Of a stretch of 64,000 nt of DNA, positions 1 to 8,960 are shown piece after piece. How positions within the stretch are numbered: position 1 is the first letter of the stretch; each line of letters starts with the position of its first letter. Origin of the DNA: an uncultured Ignavibacteria bacterium. GTDB lineage: Bacteria; Zixibacteria; MSB-5A5; CAIYYT01. A program made the position numbers and the translations under genes. Location: contig CAZOYE010000001.1 in assembly GCA_964584025.1 (NCBI GenBank), forward strand, positions 138,401 to 202,400. Reading direction: 5' to 3'. The notes beneath the pieces are model-generated. The model did no database searches. It was not told the origin of the DNA and worked only from the letters and a program-made list of their open reading frames with translations.

Positions 1-697
1 CATTGATGCCGAAGAAAGCGGCGAGATCAGGATGAGACTGCAGAATATCTTCTGCCGTGCGCATCGCCTGATCCTTGACGCCGCGACCGGTAAGTTTTGC
101 CGCGATTTGGATCCCCGGTGTCGCAGCGATCTCAGCCTCGAAACCGCTGACGCGCTGAATGACCGATTCCACTTCCGGATGATCGATGATCGCCACCTTG
201 CCCTGCCCGCCCAGCGCTTCAGCCAGTGCTTGTGCCGCCAGGCGGCCTCCGGCAACATTGTCGGAGGCTACGTGCGTCACGACCTTGGCATTGTCCGCCA
301 GGCAGGCGATATCGGCGGTGAAGACCGGGATGCCGGCGTCATTGGCTGCTTGAATCGCCGTGCCAATCGAGCGCGAGTCGCAGGGACTGACGACAATCGC
401 ATTCACCTTCTGCACGATGAAGTCCTGCAATTGATCCTTCTGACGGGCAACGTCAAATTCGCCTGCTGTAACCAGCAATTCGTAGCCATTGGCTTTGGCC
501 GCTTCCAGCATTCCCGCTTCCAGATCCTGGTAAAACGGGTGTGTGCGAGTCAAGAGGCTGACGCCGATCTTGATCTTGGCGGCAACAGGTTGACCTTCCT
601 GTTGTGCTGCGTCATTCTTGCCTTTTCCGCAACCCGACAATGACAGAGTGAGCGTCGCCAGAACCACGGCGAGCATCGTGCGAAGATGTGATTTCAT
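1..697 (-). CDS. ABC-transporter periplasmic sugar-binding lipoprotein (RbsB-like, periplasmic-binding-protein type I fold); C-terminus runs off the window
   Basis: My own minus-strand translation from ATG 697-695 reads MKSHLRTMLAVVLATLTLSLSGCGKGK (signal peptide plus lipobox LSGC). It continues KIKIGVSLLTRTHPFYQDLEAGMLEAAKANGYELLVTAGEFDVARQKDQLQDFIVQKVNAIVVSPCDS...IPVFTADI...VASDNVAGG. The gene is missing from the ORF track because it is open at the window edge. The listed + ORF 32..643 is its antisense shadow. Confidence 0.8.
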   Translation of the reverse strand, partial: MKSHLRTMLAVVLATLTLSLSGCGKGKNDAAQQEGQPVAAKIKIGVSLLTRTHPFYQDLEAGMLEAAKANGYELLVTAGEFDVARQKDQLQDFIVQKVNAIVVSPCDSRSIGTAIQAANDAGIPVFTADIACLADNAKVVTHVASDNVAGGRLAAQALAEALGGQGKVAIIDHPEVESVIQRVSGFEAEIAATPGIQIAAKLTGRGVKDQAMRTAEDILQSHPDLAAFFGIN

Positions 698-860
698 TTT
701 GGGACCTCGACTATTTCCGGGTCAATGTCGCGACCGACAGCCCGGCGCCGGTTAGCATTCTTTCGGGAGGTAATATATCTGGAGATGTAGCCGCGAGGCA
801 ATGTAATACGGAAGGTCTAATTTCGGGAATTCCGCGCCTGTTTTGGCGCGCCGCGGCCGA

Positions 861-1694
861 CTATTTCGTGGTGGTCGTGGTTTTCTGCACCAGCTCGCGC
901 AACCGATCGCGCAGCGCCCCGCGCCGATTCCGGCTCACAGCCTGTTCGGAGCCGTCCTTGAGAATCACGTAGCACTTGCCGAGGGCCGCCAGACGGAATT
1001 CTTTAATCGACCTGAGGTTGACAATCGTCGTTCGGTGGATGCGGAGAAACGTCGATGGATCGAGAGAATCTTCGAGGGCGCCAATCGAGGAATAGAGCAT
1101 GTAGCTCCGCCCCCGTGCGTAGATCTGCACGAAGTGATCGACGGAACGAATCCAATCGATGTGGGAGACCTCGATCGAAATCGAGTGCCGTGCCGACTTG
1201 ACAAAGACTCGCTGAAGGAACCCGGGGTTGTGCGGCGTTGGCGGCGCAGGCTGAGACGTGTGATCCCAGTACTGCAATAGCTCCCGGATACGAGGCGCCT
1301 GCCGCTGTCCGGGCGGCCGCTGCAATTCCTGCCGCAAGCGCGAGAGCGTCTGCGCCAGTCGTTCGCGCCGAAACGGCTTCAGCAGGTAATCAAAAGCATG
1401 ATACTCGAACGCCTTGACGGCATACTCATCGTAAGCGGTCACAAACACCACGGTCGGCGCGGCTTTGCCCAGCCGCTCGAGAACGCCAAAGCCATCGTGC
1501 TCGGGAATGCGAATGTCGAGAAACATGATGTCCGGATGCAGCTTGTTGACTGCGGCGATCGCCTCACGGCCGCTGGCGCACTCCCCGACGATCTCAAAAT
1601 CCGCTTCTCCGGCCAGGAGCTGCACCAGCAGTTCCCGCGCCGGCTTTTCGTCGTCAACGACCAGGGCGCGGATTGTATTGACCGAGCTTGACAT
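861..1694 (-). CDS. LytTR-family response regulator (CheY receiver + LytTR DNA-binding domain)
   Basis: ORF track 861..1754, trimmed to ATG 1694 (MSSSVNTIRALVVDDEKPARELL), which has GGGAG upstream. Receiver motifs are VVDDE, DIMFLDIRIPEHDG and VVFVTAYDEYAVKAFE. The LytTR part reads ISIEVSHIDWIRSVDHFVQIYARGRSYMLYSSIGALEDSL...FLRIHRTTIVNL. Confidence 0.85.
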   Translation of the reverse strand: MSSSVNTIRALVVDDEKPARELLVQLLAGEADFEIVGECASGREAIAAVNKLHPDIMFLDIRIPEHDGFGVLERLGKAAPTVVFVTAYDEYAVKAFEYHAFDYLLKPFRRERLAQTLSRLRQELQRPPGQRQAPRIRELLQYWDHTSQPAPPTPHNPGFLQRVFVKSARHSISIEVSHIDWIRSVDHFVQIYARGRSYMLYSSIGALEDSLDPSTFLRIHRTTIVNLRSIKEFRLAALGKCYVILKDGSEQAVSRNRRGALRDRLRELVQKTTTTTK

Positions 1695-2847
1695 CACTCG
1701 CCGACTCCCTTTCCAGTCTTGACCATGGTAATACCAGTTGCACGGCGAACTCACCGTTCGCTTCTTCGACCTTTATGAATCCTTCCGTACCGTCGTAGAG
1801 ACATTCGAGGCGCTCGCGCAGGTAGAGCAGCCCGCGTCCGCCGTTCTCCGATTCCATCGGCTCGCTGCGGCCGATCGGGTTGACGACTTCGAGGTGCAAC
1901 CAGTCATCACTGCGATAAGCCTTAATCCGCACCCAGCCGGCGCCGTCGCAGGTGCCGTACTTCACGGCGTTTTCCACCAGCGGCTGCAGGATCAGGCTCG
2001 GTACTGCTGCGTCGAGGCACGATTCGTCCACCTCGTATTTGGTGTCCAAGGCATCGGGAAAGCGCCGCGTCATCAAGTTGAGATACAATCGCGCAAATTC
2101 CATCTCTGCGGCGAGACTTACGAACTGCTCGTCGCTGCGGTCGAGACTCAGCCGCAGCAGGTGCGCAAGGTCGGCAAGCGTGTCGTAAGCCAGCGATTTG
2201 CGGTCGCTCAAGACGAGCGAAGAAATCGTATTCAGAGTATTAAACAAGAAATGAGGCTGCAACCGTCCCTTGAGGCGCTCCAGTTCCGCCTCGACCAACT
2301 GCGTCCGCAATTGTTCGGCTTGCCGCTCGCGCTCGGCAAGACGACGGTGGTACGATACCGTGTGCTCAAATCCGACCACCACCCAAAACGCCAGAAAATA
2401 CCACGTCGAGTGCATCGTGATCATGAAGTCCCAAAGCTGGCGAATTCCGTAACTCGTGGGTTCGCTGATGACGGACAGCACCACAAACGTGTAGCCAAGA
2501 ATATAGGCAAGAGTCAAGAGGATGCCGAAGGCAGTCAGCACGGCGGCGTTGCGCAAGCGAAAGCCGACTTCAAGACGAAAACGCGCTGCCACCGCAAACA
2601 TGAGCGGAACGAGCGCGCCCCAGAGCAACCAGACGCCGCTCTTAGCAGCGACCAATTCCCACCACGTGTAGGGGTAACTTCCCTGCGGGAAAAACCACCA
2701 ATGCGTCGCCGACCCCAGCGCGACTACGAGCCAGAGCCCAATCGCCGTTAACCAGCGCAGGACCCGCGATGGCAGCAACCGGCGGTAGAGCTCCAGAGCG
2801 GCGCTGCGCCTTTCGTTGGGATCGATAGAATAGGGGATCTTGTCCAT
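1654..2847 (-). CDS. LytS/YehU-type sensor histidine kinase (multi-TM sensor + His_kinase + HATPase_c)
   Basis: ORF track. The N-terminal half is hydrophobic. It is followed by the signature LQPHFLFNTLNTISSLV and the ATPase motifs LILQPLVENAVKYG and GRGLLYLRERLE. The gene overlaps the downstream LytTR regulator by 41 nt, forming a two-component operon. Confidence 0.85.
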   Translation of the reverse strand: MDKIPYSIDPNERRSAALELYRRLLPSRVLRWLTAIGLWLVVALGSATHWWFFPQGSYPYTWWELVAAKSGVWLLWGALVPLMFAVAARFRLEVGFRLRNAAVLTAFGILLTLAYILGYTFVVLSVISEPTSYGIRQLWDFMITMHSTWYFLAFWVVVGFEHTVSYHRRLAERERQAEQLRTQLVEAELERLKGRLQPHFLFNTLNTISSLVLSDRKSLAYDTLADLAHLLRLSLDRSDEQFVSLAAEMEFARLYLNLMTRRFPDALDTKYEVDESCLDAAVPSLILQPLVENAVKYGTCDGAGWVRIKAYRSDDWLHLEVVNPIGRSEPMESENGGRGLLYLRERLECLYDGTEGFIKVEEANGEFAVQLVLPWSRLERESASDVKLGQYNPRPGR

Positions 2848-2916
2848 ATCAATTTAAACGAGAAAACACCGGCGATTGTCTAACGAAATTCACGGTCGTC
2901 CCGCCACATCCACAAG

Positions 2917-2944
2917 AACCGGTGGCGGTCCTACGCCACCGGTT
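2917..2944 (-). terminator. 11-bp GC-rich hairpin downstream of the FG-GAP gene (possible terminator, weak U-tract)
   Basis: The arm aaccggtggcg (2917-2927) pairs perfectly with cgccaccggtt (2934-2944) around a 6-nt loop. It lies about 40 nt past the stop at 2985. The flanking T-run is poor on the minus strand. Confidence 0.35.
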
Positions 2945-2984
2945 TTGCGTGCTGAACGGTCTGGTGAGGAGACCGCTCATCGGC

Positions 2985-5024
2985 TTATGGGCAACTGGCG
3001 CAAGGCGCGGGGCCGCCGCCAAAGATGAATGTTATCAGGAACACGGCGTCGGAGATCGTCACGATACCGTTGCAGTCGGCGTCACCGGCGATCACCGGGT
3101 CGGGCGCCGGCCCGCCGCCGAAGATGTAGGTGATCAGGTAGACCGCATCCGAGATCGTGATGATGCCGTTGCCGTCGGCGTCGCCGCAAGTGTAGTCGCA
3201 GGCATCGCCAACACCGTTGCTGTTCGAATCTTCCTGACCCGGGTTTGAGACATCAGGGCAGTTGTCGCAGGCATCGCCGACACCATCGCTGTCGGAATCC
3301 AGTTGGTCGTTATTGGCGTCTGCCGGACAATTGTCGCAGGCATCACCGAGGCTGTCGGCATCGGAATTGGCCTGTTCATGGTTTGAGACGCTCAGGCAAT
3401 TATCACAAGCATCGCCGATGAAATCGCCATCCGCATCCGCCTGCGAAGCGTTGGCGACCGACGGGCAATTGTCCAGACAACCTACGCCGTCGCCATCGCC
3501 GTCCTCACAACTCTCGATGAACGTCAGCGTTTGGTTGATTCCTACCATCGTAGTATCGAAGACAATGCCCGACGGCCACTCAATCCGCAGTGCTTCGACC
3601 ACCGATGCGTCCTTCAGGCCGAAGTGAACTTCAAACGAATTGTGCCCCAGGAAGGTGTTTTGTGCCGAGATGTCGCGCGTCTGCCAGACCGAGTCGCCGT
3701 CGATCGTCGCCTTGATCCAGACCCGTGCACCGATTGCCGCCCAGTTCGACTTCTGCCCCACCAGCTTCAGCTTGAGCCAGCCATTGGCGCCGGCGTAATC
3801 GTTGCGCAGGAGAAGACGCTTGTTCGCTCCGGAAGCCACCGCGAAGATGTCCATGTCACCGTCGTTGTCAATATCGCCGGCGGTGCCGCCCGATCCCTGC
3901 TGGCTGGTAGTGACATGATCGCCCATGAAATCGCCGAAGAACGTCCCGCCCGCGTTGCGGTAGTACTTATTCATGCCGATGTTGACCGTATAGCAATCCA
4001 GGTCGCCGTCGTTATCGAAATCTTGCCAGATTTGCGACAGCGACACCGTCTGATCGTCAACGATCTCCTCGCCGCCCACTTCGGTGTAGGTTCCGCCGTT
4101 ATTGACATAAAGGTCGTTGCTGCGCAAGCCGATGGCCACGCCGCCCCAGTTGGTGCGGTAGGCGTCCAAGTCCATGTCGTTGTCGATATCAATCCAATTC
4201 CACACCTGACCATCGCCCGGGTCGTTCGCGATCGGCGCCTGCAAGATGCGTTCGAAACCAGGGACTCCGGTCTCGATCAGCAGATTCTTGTAAAGATCAT
4301 CCAGTCCAGAAACCGACGAGGCCGGGCCGCTGCCGATGAAGAAGTCGAGGTCGCCATCGAGATCGTAATCGGCCCAGTTGCCGGAGGTATACGGCTTGAG
4401 CCCGGTAACGATAACGCCGGTGTCGATCACCTCGAAGGCGTAATCGGGCGGGCCCTGGTTACGGAGCATCCGGTTCGGCCGTTGCGGGTTGCCGACGAAT
4501 CCCGTGGGAAAGGTGATGACCAAATCAACGTAACCGTCGTCGTCGTAGTCACCCCAGGCCGGGCTCCAGCCGCGCAGGTCGGTTGTCCCCATCAGACTCG
4601 CCGAGACCTGGGTAAACGTCTCGTCGCCGTTGTTCTTATAGAGGGCGCTTCCGCCGGTACCCGCCAGAAGGCAGTCAAGGTCACCATCGTTGTCGTAGTC
4701 TGCCCAGGACGTTCCCAACGCGAAGAAGGTCCCGGTTGTGATCGGCGTGTTGGTAATGCGAGTAAATCCTCCCGCGCCATCTCCTTTGTAGAGCTTGGTT
4801 TGGTTCGGATCGACAACAACCAGGTCGAGATTCCCGTCATTGTTGTAATCGACGAACGCACACCCGGTGTAGGTTTGGTTGGTAACGTCGGAAACAACCG
4901 GGTTGCCGGCATCAGTAATTCTTGTGAATGCCGTCTGGGCACCGGCCGGTACTACACCGACCAGGCAGATGGCGGTAACCACGAGGGCGATCGGGACAAA
5001 TCGCTTTAGAGTAAGGTGGCGCAT
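2985..5024 (-). CDS. Secreted FG-GAP/VCBS-repeat protein with UnbV/ASPIC-like domain, thrombospondin type-3 repeats and C-terminal twin dockerin-like module
   Basis: ORF track 2985..5096, trimmed to ATG 5024 (MRHLTLKRFVPIALVVTAICLVGVVPAGAQ signal peptide, AGGAG upstream). It has repeated DYNNDGxLD / DYDNDGDLD / DFDNDGDLD / DIDNDGDMD FG-GAP calcium loops. The UnbV-like stretch is WLKLKLVGQKSNWAAIGARVWIKA...FLGHNSFEVHFGL. Five DxDxDGxGDACDNCP TSP3 units follow, and the protein ends in the twin-dockerin tag. Confidence 0.85.
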   Translation of the reverse strand: MRHLTLKRFVPIALVVTAICLVGVVPAGAQTAFTRITDAGNPVVSDVTNQTYTGCAFVDYNNDGNLDLVVVDPNQTKLYKGDGAGGFTRITNTPITTGTFFALGTSWADYDNDGDLDCLLAGTGGSALYKNNGDETFTQVSASLMGTTDLRGWSPAWGDYDDDGYVDLVITFPTGFVGNPQRPNRMLRNQGPPDYAFEVIDTGVIVTGLKPYTSGNWADYDLDGDLDFFIGSGPASSVSGLDDLYKNLLIETGVPGFERILQAPIANDPGDGQVWNWIDIDNDMDLDAYRTNWGGVAIGLRSNDLYVNNGGTYTEVGGEEIVDDQTVSLSQIWQDFDNDGDLDCYTVNIGMNKYYRNAGGTFFGDFMGDHVTTSQQGSGGTAGDIDNDGDMDIFAVASGANKRLLLRNDYAGANGWLKLKLVGQKSNWAAIGARVWIKATIDGDSVWQTRDISAQNTFLGHNSFEVHFGLKDASVVEALRIEWPSGIVFDTTMVGINQTLTFIESCEDGDGDGVGCLDNCPSVANASQADADGDFIGDACDNCLSVSNHEQANSDADSLGDACDNCPADANNDQLDSDSDGVGDACDNCPDVSNPGQEDSNSNGVGDACDYTCGDADGNGIITISDAVYLITYIFGGGPAPDPVIAGDADCNGIVTISDAVFLITFIFGGGPAPCASCP

Positions 5025-5275
5025 GCTCCTCTCCTTTAAAAGGGATAGCGGCTGGAATTGAAGACCATCGGGGGCGATCATACTGGTGCCATTCAACGGT
5101 CGCGAAAATTCGTTGTACTCAGGCTCTGAGACGAGCGGTGTTGCGCAATGGTCAATCGGATTACGCGAACGGCAAGGTTTGATTCGTAAATGGTCATTTC
5201 CGCCCGCGCGATTGGGCTTGATTCGCGCGCCGGGATCGCTAACTTGGACTCGGAGTCATTTATTCAGGAGCCGAC

Positions 5276-5788
5276 ATGGTATCGAATCAATCCCCGCTCA
5301 GCGACGCTCTGCTCAAGGCTGCCATGGCCGAGCGTGAAGGGCACAGTTTCTATATGATGGCCGCCAACACGACGCAGGACCCCAAGGGCAAGGCCGCTTT
5401 CGAGCAACTCGCTCATGAAGAACTCGAACACCTGGGCTTCTTAAAGAGTCACTACGATTCTCTGCTGCAGACCGGCAAGTTGAATCCTACCGCCCGCCTC
5501 GGGCAGGGCACAGCGTTTTCGGGGAGCTTTCCGATCTTCACTGACAGCATCAAGCAGCGTATCCGGGACGCACACTTCGAGATGAGCGCACTGGCGATCG
5601 GCATTCAATTGGAGCGCGACGCCATCAAGTTCTATCAGGAACTGGCGCAGACGGCTAGCGAACCTGAAGCCCGCAAGTTCTTCAGCGAACTGGCAGATTG
5701 GGAAGCGGGCCATTACAATGCGCTGTTGCGTCAGCAGGAAGAGCTAAAGGGCGAGTACTGGTCCGGCGCCGGGTTCTCGCCGTTCTAG
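5276..5788 (+). CDS. Rubrerythrin/ferritin-like di-iron protein (no rubredoxin domain)
   Basis: ORF track. It is a four-helix-bundle-type protein with two E...ExxH pairs: EREGHSFY...EELEHLGF and LERDAIKFY...ADWEAGHYNAL. Confidence 0.7.
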   Translation: MVSNQSPLSDALLKAAMAEREGHSFYMMAANTTQDPKGKAAFEQLAHEELEHLGFLKSHYDSLLQTGKLNPTARLGQGTAFSGSFPIFTDSIKQRIRDAHFEMSALAIGIQLERDAIKFYQELAQTASEPEARKFFSELADWEAGHYNALLRQQEELKGEYWSGAGFSPF

Positions 5789-5973
5789 GCCGGTACCGCG
5801 ACGGCGAAAAGACATGGCCCATCACCTCATCGTGGGCGGTATCGCCGGCCTTAAGCTTCCCTCCCCCGCTACCGATAATTCCTAACAAATCTGCAGTTGC
5901 GGCACTTGCGCTGTAATCATATACTTTAGGGATCGCTATTGTCCCACCAAAGGTCGGGACTCCGGTAGGAAAC

Positions 5974-6402
5974 ATGAAACTCGAGGCGACCGACAGCATG
6001 GCCGGTTATTCCGATACCCCCCTGATTAACAAACTTGGCATCAAGTCGGGTCTCACGATCCGCCTGGTCAACCAGCCCGATAATTATCTGCGCCTGATCG
6101 GCAAGTTGCCGAGTGACGTGACGATCGTTGATGCGCGCGCCAAAACCGCCGACTTCATCCACTGCTTTGCGACCCAGCGTCCGCGCCTGGCGGCGCTCTT
6201 GCCGCAGTTTCTCAAGCAACTGACCAAAGACGGCATGATCTGGATTTCCTGGCCGAAGAAAACCGCCAAGGTGCCGACCGATTTGACCGAGGACGTCGTC
6301 CGTGAAGTCGCCTTGCCGCTTGGATTGGTCGATGTCAAGGTCTGCGCTGTCGACGATTACTGGTCGGGACTCAAGCTCGTAATTCGCAAAGAAAATCGCT
6401 AA
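5974..6402 (+). CDS. DUF3052-like conserved hypothetical protein
   Basis: ORF track. GYSDTPLINKLGIKSG...MIWISWPKKTAKVPTDLTEDVVREVALPLGLVDVKVCAVDDYWSGLKLVIRK matches my recollection of the DUF3052 family consensus. The antisense ORF 5926..6507 is judged spurious. Confidence 0.6.
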   Translation: MKLEATDSMAGYSDTPLINKLGIKSGLTIRLVNQPDNYLRLIGKLPSDVTIVDARAKTADFIHCFATQRPRLAALLPQFLKQLTKDGMIWISWPKKTAKVPTDLTEDVVREVALPLGLVDVKVCAVDDYWSGLKLVIRKENR

Positions 6403-6505
6403 ATCGCCGGTATTGACGCCTCTCCGCGCCCGTTGACTTCCACCCGGACGGTCGGTATCTTTTCTCCAGTTTTGACTTATTGACAGACATTGGAGAGAAT
6501 TCGCC

Positions 6506-8473
6506 ATGCCGCAGACACTCGTCGAGAAAATCGCCCAGAAATTCGCCTTCGGACTTGAACCCGGCCACGAGGTTCACGCCAGCGACTACATCTCGATCAA
6601 ACCCGCTTACGTCATGACGCACGACAACACCGGCGCTGTGATCCCGAAGTTCAAGTCGATCGGCGCAAAGAATGTCTTCAACCCGCGTCAAGTGGTCTTC
6701 ACCCTCGACCACAACGTGCAGGACACCGGTGAAGACAATCTCAGGAAGTACGGCAAGATCGAGGCCTTTGCCAAAGAGCACGGCATCGACTTCTATCCCG
6801 CCGGGCGCGGCATCGGACACCAGATCATGTGCGAAGAGGGTTACGCCTGGCCCGGCACGCTGGCGGTCGCTTCCGATTCGCACTCCAATATGTACGGCGG
6901 CCTTGGTTGCCTCGGAACGCCGATCGTGCGCACCGATGCCGCCGCGATTTGGGCGACCGGACGCACCTGGTGGCAAGTCCCGCCCGTCGCCAAGGTCGAG
7001 CTGCGCGGCAAACTGCGCCCCGGAGTTACCGGCAAGGACGTGATCGTCACGCTCTGCGGACTGTTCAACAAAGACGAAGTCCTCAATCACGCCGTCGAAT
7101 TTGCCGGTGACGGTCTGAAAGCCCTATCGATCGACGAGCGCCTCACCATTGCCAACATGACCACCGAATGGGGCGCGCTGGTGGGGCTCTTCCCGATCGA
7201 CGAAGTCACCATCAAATGGCTGCGCGCGCGCGCCGACTATGTCGCCAAGCGCGGCTTGCAGGGTGTGCCCTCGGATGCCGACGGCGCTGGCACACAACCG
7301 CGCATGAATCACAAGCGCATCGACGAACTCGAGAGGAATATCCCGATCGCCGACAAAGGCGCCGCCTACGCCCGTGAACTCTATCTCGAACTCGATTCAG
7401 TGCAGCCACACGTCTCCGGCCCGAATACCGTCAAGGTGATGAATTCCGTTGCTTCGATGCGCGCAAAGAAAGTCGCCATCCACAAAGCATATCTCATGTC
7501 GTGCGTAAACGGCCGCATCGAAGACATCGCGCAGGCCGCGGCCGTTGCACGCGGCAAGAAATTCGCCCCCGGGGTAAAGTTCTACCTCGCGGCAGCCTCC
7601 TCGGAAGTGCAGTCAGAATCCGAGCGGCGCGGTGACTGGAAGGTACTTGTCGATGCCGGCGCGATCGTGCTTCCCGCCGGTTGCGGTGCGTGCATCGGTC
7701 TCGGGACAGGGACGCTCGAGGACGGCGAAGTCGGCATCTCGGCCACCAACCGCAATTTCAAGGGTCGCATGGGCTCGCGAGAATCGCAGGCGTATTTGGC
7801 TTCGCCGGCGGTGGTGGCAGCCTCGGCGATTGCCGGACATATCGATCTGCCCGGCGGCAACGGTGAAGGCAAACCGATCGGCGGCGTGTCCGGTACTCCC
7901 GCTAAGCCTTCTGCGCCAGGCAAGGTAACGATCATCAACGGTTTCCCGGCGCAGATCGAGGGCGAGTTGATTTTCTGTCATCAGGACAATCTCAACACCG
8001 ACGGCATCTATCCCGGCAAGTACACCTACATCGACGATTTCACGCCGGAGCAACAGGCTTCCGTCGTGATGGAAAACTACGATCAGGAATTCGGCAAGAT
8101 CGTCAAGAAGGGCGACGTGCTCGTCGGCGGCTTCAACTTCGGGACCGGCTCGTCGCGCGAGCAAGCCGCAACTGCCCTGAAGTATCGCGGAATCGCGTTG
8201 GTAGTAGCGGGATCGTTTTCAGAAACCTACAAACGCAATGCGCTCAATAATGGCTTTCTCGCTGTCGAAGCGCCCGAACTCGTCAACGACTTGAAAAAGC
8301 AGTTTGGCTCAGACAAACTGACCGTCAAGACCGGCATCGCCGCGAAGGTCGACTTCGCAAACTCGAAGATCGTCGCTTCCGGCAAAGATTACCCGATCGG
8401 CCCGGTCGGTATCGCCGCCCAGGAACTGATACTCGCCGGCGGCCTCGAAGAGTGGGTCAAGGGGAGGTTGTAG
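6506..8473 (+). CDS. Aconitase-family hydro-lyase, fused large + small (swivel) domains (homoaconitase / isopropylmalate-isomerase-like)
   Basis: ORF track, 655 aa. Motifs seen are [18 protein letters not shown], the Fe-S ligand regions MSCVNGR and [20 protein letters not shown], and the small-domain stretch [15 protein letters not shown]. Substrate specificity cannot be decided from the sequence alone. Confidence 0.85.
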   Translation: MPQTLVEKIAQKFAFGLEPGHEVHASDYISIKPAYVMTHDNTGAVIPKFKSIGAKNVFNPRQVVFTLDHNVQDTGEDNLRKYGKIEAFAKEHGIDFYPAGRGIGHQIMCEEGYAWPGTLAVASDSHSNMYGGLGCLGTPIVRTDAAAIWATGRTWWQVPPVAKVELRGKLRPGVTGKDVIVTLCGLFNKDEVLNHAVEFAGDGLKALSIDERLTIANMTTEWGALVGLFPIDEVTIKWLRARADYVAKRGLQGVPSDADGAGTQPRMNHKRIDELERNIPIADKGAAYARELYLELDSVQPHVSGPNTVKVMNSVASMRAKKVAIHKAYLMSCVNGRIEDIAQAAAVARGKKFAPGVKFYLAAASSEVQSESERRGDWKVLVDAGAIVLPAGCGACIGLGTGTLEDGEVGISATNRNFKGRMGSRESQAYLASPAVVAASAIAGHIDLPGGNGEGKPIGGVSGTPAKPSAPGKVTIINGFPAQIEGELIFCHQDNLNTDGIYPGKYTYIDDFTPEQQASVVMENYDQEFGKIVKKGDVLVGGFNFGTGSSREQAATALKYRGIALVVAGSFSETYKRNALNNGFLAVEAPELVNDLKKQFGSDKLTVKTGIAAKVDFANSKIVASGKDYPIGPVGIAAQELILAGGLEEWVKGRL

Positions 8474-8798
8474 GGGGGGATTAGAGGCATGATTGGGAAG
8501 AGACGACAAGCAGAAATGGAAAGAGCGAAAAACAAGTTTGAGAGGATCGTTGCTGATTTGTTCATCGATTGGTACAATGCCCGCACTGGTCATAGCCAGT
8601 AGGTCAAATCCCGTCTCTCCTCACACCGCCTCGATCCGCCTGTTCCCGACAGACGTGCGTCTTCCGCACCGATATTCCGTGATGCAGGGATTTGACACCT
8701 GACTTGCACCTGTTCCGTCATCCGCCCGGGCAGGCGAACCCGGCCCCTACGGTGCTGCCGTCCTTGCGAGGTGCGAACGACTCGCTGTCCACAAACCC

Positions 8799-8828
8799 TG
8801 GATCCCCGCCTGCGCGGGAATGACATTC
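8799..8828. repeat. REP-like palindromic unit CTGGATCCCCGCCTGCGCGGGAATGAC (copy 1 of 3)
   Basis: The same roughly 26-nt unit, with inverted repeat CCCGC-N4-GCGGG, occurs at 8799-8828, at 28822-28847 (opposite orientation) and at 58649-58675. All three copies are intergenic. Confidence 0.6.
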
Positions 8829-8960
8829 AGCGCAACTTCCGCCTGCTCAATCTCGTAACCTAAACTGCCCAACCGTATGCGATTAAACGACGCAAGCCTC
8901 ACTGCGTCTCATATTTATTGGTAACCGATTACACAATTATCCTGACACAAGGAGAACCCG

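Noticed and set aside
3531-5009. Other long antisense ORFs: 3531..5009 +, 10898..12241 +, 1738..2751 +, 44751..45413 +, 61545..62504 - and similar.
   Set aside because: Each lies opposite a gene with clear family motifs (FG-GAP, vWA, histidine kinase, mscL, beta-helix). None has motifs of its own. They are shadows of codon-biased or repeat-rich genes.
5276-5788. I asked whether the rubrerythrin/ferritin-like protein might be an encapsulin cargo.
   Set aside because: Its C-terminus (…GEYWSGAGFSPF) lacks a recognisable cargo-loading peptide, and no encapsulin shell gene is nearby.
8489-8602. A 37-codon ORF (MIGKRRQAEMERAKNKFERIVADLFIDWYNARTGHSQ) lies just after the aconitase-family gene.
   Set aside because: It is too short, has no clear ribosome-binding site or recognisable family, and is embedded in a repeat-rich gap. 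It could be a gene remnant, but I cannot support it.
8590-8826. Listed ORFs translate repeat DNA, for example 8590..8826 (MSFPRRRGS...) and 40334..40557.
   Set aside because: They are read straight through REP-like palindromes or GC-rich intergenic motifs. This is a well-known source of false hypothetical proteins.
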